From IMG/VR virus record IMGVR_UViG_3300023174_005819, positions 23,240 to 87,239 of that record: 64,000 bases of DNA. One strand, given 5' to 3'. Shown here piece after piece: positions 30,634 to 39,959 of the stretch (positions are counted from its first letter, which is position 1; each line of letters begins with the position of its first letter). This DNA is from a virus. The position numbers and the translations under genes were made by a program. The notes beneath the pieces were generated by a model. That model was not told the origin of the DNA, did not search any database, and saw nothing but the letters and a program-made list of their open reading frames with translations.

Positions 30634-30858
30634 ATGGCATCATTAGACGATATTTATGATATAATCCAAAAACTAGAAAATGGTGGAATAGAATATTTAC
30701 TTATCACGGTCCAAAAAGGTAAAAAACAAGGTAAGGCTGATGTATTCTTTAATCTAAAAGATAAGGCATCTATGAAAATATTAGCGACTGGATTAGCAGC
30801 TTTTAACAAAGAGATAGATAATATTGATAGACAAGATGAAGATGAAGATGATGAATAA
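30634..30858 (+). CDS. Small acidic hypothetical protein
   Basis: 74 aa ORF filling the gap between the exonuclease and dnaE. Confidence 0.55.
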   Translation: MASLDDIYDIIQKLENGGIEYLLITVQKGKKQGKADVFFNLKDKASMKILATGLAAFNKEIDNIDRQDEDEDDE

Positions 30859-33433
30859 TACCATAAAAGATGAATTATTTTCCAGTAAGTTTACTACTAC
30901 TGACCTTGGATTGCATGGGGTCAGACTTCCAGAATTTAATATTGATGGATCTTTAAAAAGACATCTTAACATTAGCGAAGATGTTTCTAATTACGACTTT
31001 CTAAGGGCATTAGCCCTAAATGGTTTCAAAGATTTAAAGATAGAAAAAGATAATAAAGATTACAAGAAATATATTGATCGAGCAAAATACGAACTAGAAA
31101 CATTGAAAGAATTAGGTTTTACTGATTATGTTTTATTAGTATGGGATGTTATTAATTTTTGTAAAACAAATAATATACCAGTTGGACTAGGTAGAGGTTC
31201 AGCTGCTGGTTCACTTATTCTTTATCTAATTGGCGTAACTAGAATTGATCCAGTTAAATATGACCTTTATTTCGAAAGATTTATATCCAAGATTCGAGCT
31301 AAAAAGCAGGTTATTGATGGAGTAACATATCTTGATGGCAGTTTAATGTGCGATGTCGATTTAGATATTTGTTATTATAATCGTCAAAAAGTATTACAGT
31401 ATTTAGAGTCTAAATTTAAAGGTAAAACTAGTAAAATTCTAACGCTTAATACTTTAAGTGGAAAACTTTTAATTAAAGAATGTGGTAAAATCGTTGGAGA
31501 AAAAACAGAAGAAGAAATGACGAATATTTCTTCATTAATCCCCAAAGTTTATGGTCAAGTTAAAGATATTAATACTGCATATGAAGAAGTAGAAAAATTT
31601 AAAGAATGGTGCGATGAAAATAAAGAAACATTTCAAATTGCTTTAAAGTTAAGAGATTTAATTAAAAATAAAGGAGTTCATCCATCTGGAGTTCTTCTTT
31701 CTTACTACGATTTAGAAACAGTATGTCCAACAGAATTTTCTTCTGATAAAGAACCAGTTTCAAGTTTTGATATGAATTGGGTTAGTTTATTTAATATTAA
31801 ACTTGATATCTTGGGATTAAGAAGTGTTTCCGTAGTTGATGATGTTTGTAAAAATATTGGCATTAAAGTAGAAGATATTGATTTAAATCATGAATCTATC
31901 TATAGAAATCTACAAGATTTAAAATCTCCTCATGGTTTATTCCAAATTGAAGCAGAAACTAACTTTAGAGTTTGTCAAAAAGTAAAACCAAAGAATCTTG
32001 AAGAACTTAGCGGAGTATTAGCTCTAGCAAGACCTGGAGCATTACAATTCGTAGATAAATATGCTGCCCACACAAATTATCAACAATCAGAAAGTATTCA
32101 TCCATTCTTTGATGATATTCTAAAACAAACTGGTGGAGTAGCATTGTATCAAGAGCAATTGATGAAGATGGCTAATAAGATTGGATTTACTTTGGATGAA
32201 GCAGAAATCTTAAGAAGAATCGTAGGCAAAAAGAAAACCGAAGAGATCAAAGCTTGGAAAAAGAAGATTGAATCAAAGATCAAAGAAAATAAAATACCAA
32301 AAGAAGTAGGAGAAATTCTATGGAAAATCTTGGAAGATTCTGCGAATTATTCTTTTAACAAGAGTCATTCATTGGCATATGCAGCTTTAGCGGCAGTTAC
32401 AATTTATTTAAAATTTAATTATCCTCAACAATTCTTCTTATCTTTATTGAAAATGAGCAGAAACGAACCAGACCCAATTGGTGAAATTTCTAAAATTCAA
32501 AAAGAAATGCATGAGTTTGATATTAAACTTCTTCCTCCGCATATCATCAAATCAGAGATGGATTTCTCAACAGAAGATAAAGATATTAGATTCGGATTAC
32601 TATCAATCAAAGGTATTAGTGATAAATCTATTGAAAAATTAAATAGTTTTAGAAATAAGTATTCTAATAAATTTGAGATTTTTCAAGCAGCAGAAGAAGC
32701 CAATCTTAATATTGGAGTGTTATCTTCTTTAATTCAAGCAGGAGCATTGAGTGGTTTTAGTCAATCTAGAAGTAAAATTGTATTAGAAGCTCAATTATGG
32801 AATATTTTAACTTCTAAAGAAAAGAAATATTCAATTTCATTCGCAGACAAATTTGATTATGACTTAATTAAAATTATTAAGCATCTTAATAAATTTACTG
32901 ACGAAAAGAATCATTTAGTTATTAAAGATAATAGATTAAATACTATTAAAGCAAAATATGCACCATATCTTGAAATCTATAACCAAAATAGTAAAAGCGA
33001 AAGTTTTGCTAATTGGTATTATGAAAAGAAACTTTTGGGATATACATATAATAAAAATTTAAGAGATATCTTCGCAGAGAAAAGAGAAAATCTTAAATAT
33101 GTTAGCGATATTGTAGATGAACCAGTTAATAGTAAAGTGGCATTTGTTGGTCAAATAGAAGAAGTCTATACTGGGGTATCTAAAAATGAAAAGAAAACCA
33201 GATATGTAAGGTTAAAGATATCAGATGAAACAAGTTCAATTAGCGTATTAATATTTAATGATAATATTGAGAATAATAAATTATTAAATAATAAAGCTTT
33301 TGAAGAAGGAAATATTGTTATTGCTAAGGGCTCAAAGAGAGATGATTGTATATTTGGAGACTTGATAGCTATTCAAGATCATCAAATTTATATGAAATTA
33401 AATGATTTAAAAAAGACAGATAAAAATAATTGA
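30848..33433 (+). CDS. dnaE: DNA polymerase III alpha subunit lacking the PHP domain
   Basis: GRGSAAGSL, FERF, DVDLD, HPSG, KLDILGL, FQIE, YQEQ, YSFNKSH, C-terminal OB fold. Confidence 0.93.
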   Translation: MMNNTIKDELFSSKFTTTDLGLHGVRLPEFNIDGSLKRHLNISEDVSNYDFLRALALNGFKDLKIEKDNKDYKKYIDRAKYELETLKELGFTDYVLLVWDVINFCKTNNIPVGLGRGSAAGSLILYLIGVTRIDPVKYDLYFERFISKIRAKKQVIDGVTYLDGSLMCDVDLDICYYNRQKVLQYLESKFKGKTSKILTLNTLSGKLLIKECGKIVGEKTEEEMTNISSLIPKVYGQVKDINTAYEEVEKFKEWCDENKETFQIALKLRDLIKNKGVHPSGVLLSYYDLETVCPTEFSSDKEPVSSFDMNWVSLFNIKLDILGLRSVSVVDDVCKNIGIKVEDIDLNHESIYRNLQDLKSPHGLFQIEAETNFRVCQKVKPKNLEELSGVLALARPGALQFVDKYAAHTNYQQSESIHPFFDDILKQTGGVALYQEQLMKMANKIGFTLDEAEILRRIVGKKKTEEIKAWKKKIESKIKENKIPKEVGEILWKILEDSANYSFNKSHSLAYAALAAVTIYLKFNYPQQFFLSLLKMSRNEPDPIGEISKIQKEMHEFDIKLLPPHIIKSEMDFSTEDKDIRFGLLSIKGISDKSIEKLNSFRNKYSNKFEIFQAAEEANLNIGVLSSLIQAGALSGFSQSRSKIVLEAQLWNILTSKEKKYSISFADKFDYDLIKIIKHLNKFTDEKNHLVIKDNRLNTIKAKYAPYLEIYNQNSKSESFANWYYEKKLLGYTYNKNLRDIFAEKRENLKYVSDIVDEPVNSKVAFVGQIEEVYTGVSKNEKKTRYVRLKISDETSSISVLIFNDNIENNKLLNNKAFEEGNIVIAKGSKRDDCIFGDLIAIQDHQIYMKLNDLKKTDKNN

Positions 33434-33458
33434 CATTTCTAAATATAGCTAGTAACAT
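33430..33458 (+). promoter_or_regulatory. sigma70-like promoter
   Basis: TTGACA-N17-TAACAT, 8 nt before ATG 33467. Confidence 0.7.
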
Positions 33459-33466
33459 AAAGTAAT

Positions 33467-34012
33467 ATGATATCATTTTATAAACCAAATAGCAAGAATA
33501 CAGGCACGGCTTGTAGTTTCAGCGTAAATTCAAAAGATAATTCAGTATGGGGGTCATTAATCAAGCAAAGCTCTTGGAATGATGCCAAAAAAATTGGATC
33601 TTTTTCAGAAAATCAAAATAATCCAAGTAAAAGTGTTAAAGTCAAATTTTCTTTAACAGAAGCAGCAGGTCTTTTAGATGCTCTAGAAAGAAACACAGAA
33701 TTTTCAGCATATCATACTTCTGAGAAACAAATTACAAAAATCAAATTAGCACCTTATATTAGAGATGAAAAACAAGTAGGCTTTTCATATAGCGTAAATA
33801 AAGAAGACAAGCAAAATGTTGAAAATAAACAATCCTATTTGATTGGTTTTTATTTTAACGAAGCAAGACTATTGAAAGAATTTTTAAGTTATTCTTTAAA
33901 TTCTGTTTTCGAAGCTCAAAGAATTGAAGCTATTAAGAAAGCAAAAAATTCAACAAAAGAAACCAAAGACGTTAGCGCAACTAATCAAGAAGAAGATAGC
34001 GAACTCTGGTAA
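33467..34012 (+). CDS. Putative single-stranded DNA-binding protein
   Basis: Follows dnaE; two strand-strand-helix units; acidic/aromatic tail EEDSELW. Confidence 0.4.
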   Translation: MISFYKPNSKNTGTACSFSVNSKDNSVWGSLIKQSSWNDAKKIGSFSENQNNPSKSVKVKFSLTEAAGLLDALERNTEFSAYHTSEKQITKIKLAPYIRDEKQVGFSYSVNKEDKQNVENKQSYLIGFYFNEARLLKEFLSYSLNSVFEAQRIEAIKKAKNSTKETKDVSATNQEEDSELW

Positions 34013-35928
34013 TGGAAAGAAAAAAGAAAGTTCTAATACAAACGGATTTTGCCTTAGCTAAAACAGGCTTTGGTAGAAACGCTAGAGCTTTACTTAAATA
34101 TTTGTATTCTACAAATAAATATGATTTAATTCATTATTGCTGTGGAATGACTTATGATCATCCAGAATTCAAAAAGACTCCTTGGAGATCTGTTGGCTCA
34201 CTTCCTAATACTCAACAAGAATTAGATCAACTAAATAAAGATCCAAATTTAGCTCGAATGGCAAGTTATGGAGCGCATTATTTAGATCGAGTTATCAATG
34301 ATGAAAAGCCAGACGTATATTTTGCAGTACAAGATATTTGGGGGGTAGATTTTGCTATTGAAAAGCCTTGGTTTAATAAAATTGCATCTGTAATTTGGAC
34401 TACATTAGATTCTCTACCTATTCTTCAATCTGCTATTACTAATGCTCCAAAAATTAAAAATTATTGGATTTGGAGTAATTTTGCTACAAAAGCTCTTCAT
34501 AAACTTGGATATAGTCATGTAAAAACTATTCATGGATCTTTGGAAGATAAAGATTTTTATCGTTTATCAGATTTTGATAGAAATCAACTTAGGAAAAAAT
34601 ACAATATTGCTCAAGATGCATTTATTATCGGATTTGTATTTAGAAATCAATTAAGAAAAAGCGTTCCTAATTTACTTCAAGGATATGCATTATGGAAGAA
34701 AAATAATCCTCAAATTAAAAATACATACTTACTACTTCACACTCATTGGGGAGAAGGGTGGAATATACATAAATTAGCAGCAGAAGCTGGAGTAAATCAA
34801 AATGAAATATTAACAACTTATATATGTAAAAGCTGTGGAAATTATGAAATTAAAAATTTTACTGCACAAGATTTAGATTGTAAATTTTGTGGATCAAAGA
34901 AAACTCAAACCACAACAAATGTTAGTATCGGAGTCACGGAGGCTCAATTAAATGAAGTATATAATTTAATGGATGTTTATTGTCATCCATTTACTAGTGG
35001 GGGTCAGGAAATTCCAATTCAAGAAGCAAAATTAACGGAATTAATTACGTTAGTTACAAATTATAGTTGCGGAGAGGAAATGTGTGAACCAGAAGCTAAC
35101 TCATTACCACTAGATTGGATAGAATACAGAGAACATGGTACAGAATTTATTAAAGCATCAACTCTTCCAGAATCAATAGCAAAACAATTAAATATAGTAT
35201 ATAAAATGCCTATTCATCAAAGAAAAGAAATTGGAAAAAAGGCCAGAGAATGGACTATTAAAAATTTTGCAATTAGTAATGTTGGAAAAAGTATAGAAAA
35301 TTTTATTGATAATCAAAAATTAGTTGATTGGAATGAAATAAAAGAGAATCCAGAGGATAAAAAAGATCCTTATTTTCAAATTCCAAATATCACAGATGAT
35401 GCAGAATGGTTAATATTTATGTATCATAATATATTAAAAATGAAAAATATTGATCGCAATGATTCTGGACATCAATATTGGATGGGAGAATTAGCGAAAG
35501 GAGCAAAAAGACAAGATATCGAAAATTATTTTAGAAATGTGGCATTAAAAGAAACAGAAGATAAAAAACAGGTTAAATTTGAGGATCTACTTGACCCAAA
35601 TGATAAAGGTAGAGTGATATATGTTATGCCAGAGAGTGCTGGAGATATTTTCTTAAGCACTGCATTATTTAAATCTATTAAAAATAGATATCCAGATTAT
35701 AGTTTATATGTTGCAACAAAACCACAGTACAAAGATATTTTAGATGGTAATCCATATGTTCATAGATGGATAGAGTATAATCCAATTATGGATAATTTGA
35801 TTTGGTTAGAAGGAAATAATCAACATAATGGATATTTTGATATTGCTTATTTACCATATACTTGTACTCAAAGAAATTTAAATTATCTTCACAATGGTTT
35901 AGATAAAATAGAATTTCAATTAAGTTGA
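34012..35928 (+). CDS. GT4-like glycosyltransferase with a Zn ribbon, fused to a GT9-like N-terminal lobe
   Basis: TGFG, RNQLRK, CKSC..CKFC, GGQEIPIQEA; C-terminal AGDIFLST...YPD...NPYV. Confidence 0.75.
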   Translation: MERKKKVLIQTDFALAKTGFGRNARALLKYLYSTNKYDLIHYCCGMTYDHPEFKKTPWRSVGSLPNTQQELDQLNKDPNLARMASYGAHYLDRVINDEKPDVYFAVQDIWGVDFAIEKPWFNKIASVIWTTLDSLPILQSAITNAPKIKNYWIWSNFATKALHKLGYSHVKTIHGSLEDKDFYRLSDFDRNQLRKKYNIAQDAFIIGFVFRNQLRKSVPNLLQGYALWKKNNPQIKNTYLLLHTHWGEGWNIHKLAAEAGVNQNEILTTYICKSCGNYEIKNFTAQDLDCKFCGSKKTQTTTNVSIGVTEAQLNEVYNLMDVYCHPFTSGGQEIPIQEAKLTELITLVTNYSCGEEMCEPEANSLPLDWIEYREHGTEFIKASTLPESIAKQLNIVYKMPIHQRKEIGKKAREWTIKNFAISNVGKSIENFIDNQKLVDWNEIKENPEDKKDPYFQIPNITDDAEWLIFMYHNILKMKNIDRNDSGHQYWMGELAKGAKRQDIENYFRNVALKETEDKKQVKFEDLLDPNDKGRVIYVMPESAGDIFLSTALFKSIKNRYPDYSLYVATKPQYKDILDGNPYVHRWIEYNPIMDNLIWLEGNNQHNGYFDIAYLPYTCTQRNLNYLHNGLDKIEFQLS

Positions 35929-35942
35929 TATATCATAAATAA

Positions 35943-37094
35943 ATGAGACTTCTTGATACATATGCAACAAATACTGGTTCAAAAATTGATCGACCTTTTA
36001 TTTATACTAAATTTTTCCCATTACCTTTAGATAGATATATAACACTTCAAGCTCAAACTCCATATGATTCAAGGAATTATTCTTATTGGCAAGAAGTTAT
36101 AGATATATTACTTCCATATTTATCTAAAGAAAAAATACATCTTGTTCAAGTTGGGACTAAAGATGAAAGACCATTAAATGGAGCTATTAATTTATTAGGG
36201 CAAACTAATATAAATCAATTAGCATATGTAATAGAAAACTCTACTTTACATTTTGGAGCAGATAGTCTTTGTGTTCATTTAGCTTCATATTTTGATAAAC
36301 CCATAGTTTCAATTTATAGCATAAGTAATCCAAATGTAGCTGGTCCGCATTTTGGAGATAAAAATAAACATATTCTATTAAAAGGATATGAGAGAATAGG
36401 AAATAAAAAACCATCCTATTCTCAAGTAGAATCGCCAAAATCTATTGATACAATTAAACCAGAAGAAATTGCTAAATCAATTCTACAACTTTTACATATA
36501 AAATATAATAATATACCAGAGACTATATTTTTTGGAACAGACTTTAATGTTAAAAGTTTCGAGATTATTCCAGATGAAATTTTAGACCCAAATTCAATAC
36601 CAGTAGAAAATCCAATCATAAGAATGGATTATAGTTTCAATGAAAAAGCTTTAGAAGTTATAATCTCTACAAAGAAAAGTATAGTATTTACAAATAAACC
36701 AATTAAAAAAGATATAATTGAAAAATATAAGCATAATATCAATCAATTAATTTATATAATTGAAGAAGATAATAGCGTTGATTTTGTTAAATTGCTAAAG
36801 AATAATTCCATAAATTATGTGCTTTTATCATTTTTACCAGAAGAAATTTTAAATAATTTTAAATTAGATTATATGGATTATAATTTAATTGTTAATAGGA
36901 AACATAAAACTAAAGAAGATACAAAAATAGAAGATACAAATAATCTTTGTTACAAATCTTGTAGAACACTATTTTCATCAAAAGGTAAATTTACGTCAAG
37001 ATACGATTGGATTAATGGTAATGGGAATAAAGTAGTAGATCATCCAAATTTTTGGAAAGAAGCTGATAATTTTTACATTTTTAAGTTGACTTAA
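35943..37094 (+). CDS. GT9 (heptosyltransferase-like) C-terminal lobe plus an unknown domain
   Basis: RNY..WQEV, VQVG, LLGQTNINQLAYVI, GADS..VHLA. Confidence 0.7.
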   Translation: MRLLDTYATNTGSKIDRPFIYTKFFPLPLDRYITLQAQTPYDSRNYSYWQEVIDILLPYLSKEKIHLVQVGTKDERPLNGAINLLGQTNINQLAYVIENSTLHFGADSLCVHLASYFDKPIVSIYSISNPNVAGPHFGDKNKHILLKGYERIGNKKPSYSQVESPKSIDTIKPEEIAKSILQLLHIKYNNIPETIFFGTDFNVKSFEIIPDEILDPNSIPVENPIIRMDYSFNEKALEVIISTKKSIVFTNKPIKKDIIEKYKHNINQLIYIIEEDNSVDFVKLLKNNSINYVLLSFLPEEILNNFKLDYMDYNLIVNRKHKTKEDTKIEDTNNLCYKSCRTLFSSKGKFTSRYDWINGNGNKVVDHPNFWKEADNFYIFKLT

Positions 37095-37114
37095 AATATA
37101 ATTTACAGTATCAT
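37086..37114 (+). promoter_or_regulatory. sigma70-like promoter, probably giving a leaderless transcript
   Basis: TTGACT-N17-TATCAT, 6 nt before ATG 37121. Confidence 0.7.
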
Positions 37115-37120
37115 TCTTAA

Positions 37121-37933
37121 ATGAGTCCAAAAATAAAATCAGAAGAAAATACAATTTCAATTGGTAGTTCAGAGCTATTTGAACCAGTAACAGTAGTTGA
37201 TTCAGAGAATAAATCAACATCTCCTCAAGTAACTCCTCCAAATATAATAACAAGAAACCAATATGGACTTATCGAAGATAAAACTCTTAATTATATATTT
37301 AATGATGATGGAACTATTAATTGGCGTAAAATGGTTAAAACTGAACATCTTGTACCTAATAGACAAAAGACTCAAGAAACAGATGTTTCAAAGCTTCAAG
37401 ATAAAGATCTTCTTATACTTTTAGGTGGAATTAAAGAGTTAGCTCAAATCAGAGGATATACTAGTGTTGAATATAAAGTAGTTGCAGCTTCTGAAAATTA
37501 TTTTGCAACAAGCTGTAGAATCACTTGGCTACCAAATTATGAAACTGGTGGAAGAGAAGTAGTTTTTGAATCTCTTGCTGACGCTACTTTAAATAATACA
37601 AAGAGTTTCGCCAGATTCTTCTTGGCTGCGATTGCTGAGAATAGAGCGTTTGTTCGCTGTGTACGCAATTTCTTAAAGATTAATATTGTTTCTCAAGAAG
37701 AGCTTGGCGATGCAAAACTTCTTGATGATTCTTCTTCTGTAAATGAAAATCCAACTTCTCCACAATCATTACTTGAAAAAGTCATGAAAGAAAAGAATGT
37801 TAATTTTGAAGCACTAAAGAAAAGATTAATTAAAGATAATTTTGATAATGCAGAAAATTTAAATTCTATATCAGATATACCTAAAGTTAAATTATTTGAA
37901 CTAATAGATAGAATCAAAAAGATTAAAGATTAA
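37121..37933 (+). CDS. Putative single-strand annealing protein (Rad52/Sak/Erf-like)
   Basis: L.GIKELA..RG, beta strands, ADA...AIAENRAFVRCVR..L; replication context. Confidence 0.45.
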   Translation: MSPKIKSEENTISIGSSELFEPVTVVDSENKSTSPQVTPPNIITRNQYGLIEDKTLNYIFNDDGTINWRKMVKTEHLVPNRQKTQETDVSKLQDKDLLILLGGIKELAQIRGYTSVEYKVVAASENYFATSCRITWLPNYETGGREVVFESLADATLNNTKSFARFFLAAIAENRAFVRCVRNFLKINIVSQEELGDAKLLDDSSSVNENPTSPQSLLEKVMKEKNVNFEALKKRLIKDNFDNAENLNSISDIPKVKLFELIDRIKKIKD

Positions 37934-38226
37934 TAATCTTTATACTTTATTAATTGATTTCTAACAAAATAAAGATTAATAAAAAATCCACAAAAAGCAC
38001 TAAATATATTACTCAAATAAGGATGTGTTAGTCCATAAAATGGATTAATAAAAAAACTTATAAATAAAGATATCCAAAAACTAGAACATTCATGACACAA
38101 TAATAGTCGATTTATATATGGTATTCTTGCTATTAAATTTCTAAATGGTCTAGTTATTTCAGTATCGCTCCAAGCGAAACAAACTCCTAAACAGACAAAT
38201 AGATAAATAAAAAAACAGTAAAACAT
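37930..38226 (-). CDS. Small membrane protein with CxxC (DUF1360-like)
   Basis: Three hydrophobic segments; LLCHECSSFW. Confidence 0.55.
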   Translation of the reverse strand: MFYCFFIYLFVCLGVCFAWSDTEITRPFRNLIARIPYINRLLLCHECSSFWISLFISFFINPFYGLTHPYLSNIFSAFCGFFINLYFVRNQLIKYKDY

Positions 38227-38232
38227 TTTTAA

Positions 38233-38514
38233 TTATTTAATTCGTGAATTCAAAAAATTCTCAAGAGTAATTAACATTTTCTTTGTTGTTTCATCACTAA
38301 AAAGATTATTGAAGTAATCAGTTTCTGCGTCAAATTTAGATATTAAATATGATATAACTCTTTTAACGCATGGACAACTTACATTACGCTTTGCTACAGT
38401 TAAATCAGCTAAAATTTCTGGAAATTTATCTTTTAAAGAATTAAAAATTTTAGGATTTTGCAATATACCATTTAAATATAAATTAGAACTAATATATTTT
38501 TTAAATTCCGACAT
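38233..38514 (-). CDS. Hypothetical protein
   Basis: 93 aa ORF with CPC; TTGAAA-N17-TATAAT upstream. Confidence 0.55.
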   Translation of the reverse strand: MSEFKKYISSNLYLNGILQNPKIFNSLKDKFPEILADLTVAKRNVSCPCVKRVISYLISKFDAETDYFNNLFSDETTKKMLITLENFLNSRIK

Positions 38515-38554
38515 ATATAGAATTATATATTATTTACAGTATTATTTCAATATT

Positions 38555-39364
38555 TTATCTTTCACCACTTAATATATATGTTTGAAAAGCTAAACTTAAT
38601 TTGGCATCATCAGAAATACTATAATTTAATTGAGTTTGATTATTTATTAAATTAGATAAGTTAAATGATAATAAAGATTCATCTGTTTTATATTTTTTAA
38701 AAGAAATATTTAAATTTCTTTGAGTGATTCCAGTTAATATATTAGTTACTTTTTCTTGAGTATAATTACTCATAGAAAATTCAAAATTTAAAGATATTGA
38801 TATTGGATATTTTATAATTACATTATCTGGAAGATAATTACCAACAGTATAAACTGCTTCTCTTGGAATATTTATATTTAATTGAAAATTTTGCAATCTA
38901 TTTTCATTAGCTTCTTTTAAATTTAAATCAACGTAACAATTATCTCCTATATTGAAATTATTTAAAACTTTTGGCGTATAATTGAAAACTCCAGTTTCAT
39001 TTCCTAATTCTCCTAAAATCAAATTTTTAACATTAACAATTGGATACTGATCTAAAGAGTAAGATATACTATAATTTGTTAAATAACCACTAGAAAATTT
39101 AAAATAATTATTGCCATATTCAAGTTTACCACCAAATGGTCTAGACCCAGTATAGCCTATAAACCTATCATTAGAGCTTAATATATAATTTAAATCAAGA
39201 TTCGCAACAACTGGAGCAGTTACCAAATAATTTATATTCTGGTCATTTATAGCTAAAGATGGATTAATATTATTATTATAATTAATATTTAAACTCTGCA
39301 CTCCAGATATCAAAGAATCATTTAGATAAAAGTTTTGATTTTCTATAGAATATACATTAAACAT
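38555..39364 (-). CDS. Putative tail structural protein (tube-like fold)
   Basis: GVQSL, GYLTNYS.S and LQNF.L...R..VY..G..P.....YP patterns parallel the major tail protein at 56616..57767. Confidence 0.55.
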   Translation of the reverse strand: MFNVYSIENQNFYLNDSLISGVQSLNINYNNNINPSLAINDQNINYLVTAPVVANLDLNYILSSNDRFIGYTGSRPFGGKLEYGNNYFKFSSGYLTNYSISYSLDQYPIVNVKNLILGELGNETGVFNYTPKVLNNFNIGDNCYVDLNLKEANENRLQNFQLNINIPREAVYTVGNYLPDNVIIKYPISISLNFEFSMSNYTQEKVTNILTGITQRNLNISFKKYKTDESLLSFNLSNLINNQTQLNYSISDDAKLSLAFQTYILSGER

Positions 39365-39373
39365 TAACTATAA

Positions 39374-39394
39374 TTACACTACTTTTAAGTGTAA
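39374..39394. promoter_or_regulatory. Back-to-back GTGTAA motifs between divergent tail genes
   Basis: TTACAC-tacttttaa-GTGTAA in the 51 nt intergenic gap. Confidence 0.6.
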
Positions 39395-39415
39395 AATATA
39401 AGAGGTAAAAGGTAT

Positions 39416-39958
39416 ATGGCTAGCATTTACGATATAGTTCCTAGTTGGAACGCTGGAAGTACTTATAATAAGTATAATATAGTACTAGGATCTGATAATA
39501 AATATTATTATTCAATTATAGATTCCAATATTAATCAAAATCCAATAGATCCATTAAATCTTCAAGTTGAGTGGGATGGATACATAATTATAAATGGTAA
39601 TTTAACTCCTAACTTTTTTTGGAAACCTTCTTATAATATAGAAGCAATTTCTAAACCAAGAGTTAAAATAAATCAATTTGGAAATGGTTATCAACAAAGA
39701 ATATCTGATGGAATAAATATTAATTTAATTGAATTTAATATTATTTTCGAAAATAGGTCAGAATTAGAAACTGTTTCAATACTTCATTTTTTACAACAAA
39801 TGAATACAAAACAAAGTTTTATATATAATTTACCAACAATTTACTCAAAATCAACTTCTAATTTAAACACAATGTTTATATGTCCAGAATGGAGCGCCAG
39901 TTTTATTTCTTACAATAATTATTCTATAAAAGCCAATTTCACAGAAGTTCCAAAATAA
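39416..39958 (+). CDS. Minor tail protein, lambda gpM-like
   Basis: PRV...FGNGYQQR..DGIN, F.C.EW, ANFTEV. Confidence 0.8.
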   Translation: MASIYDIVPSWNAGSTYNKYNIVLGSDNKYYYSIIDSNINQNPIDPLNLQVEWDGYIIINGNLTPNFFWKPSYNIEAISKPRVKINQFGNGYQQRISDGININLIEFNIIFENRSELETVSILHFLQQMNTKQSFIYNLPTIYSKSTSNLNTMFICPEWSASFISYNNYSIKANFTEVPK

Positions 39959-39959
39959 T

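Noticed and set aside
23356-33433. Inteins or introns in RecA, DnaB or DnaE
   Set aside because: Protein lengths are normal and no intein C/S...HN boundaries or LAGLIDADG motifs were seen.
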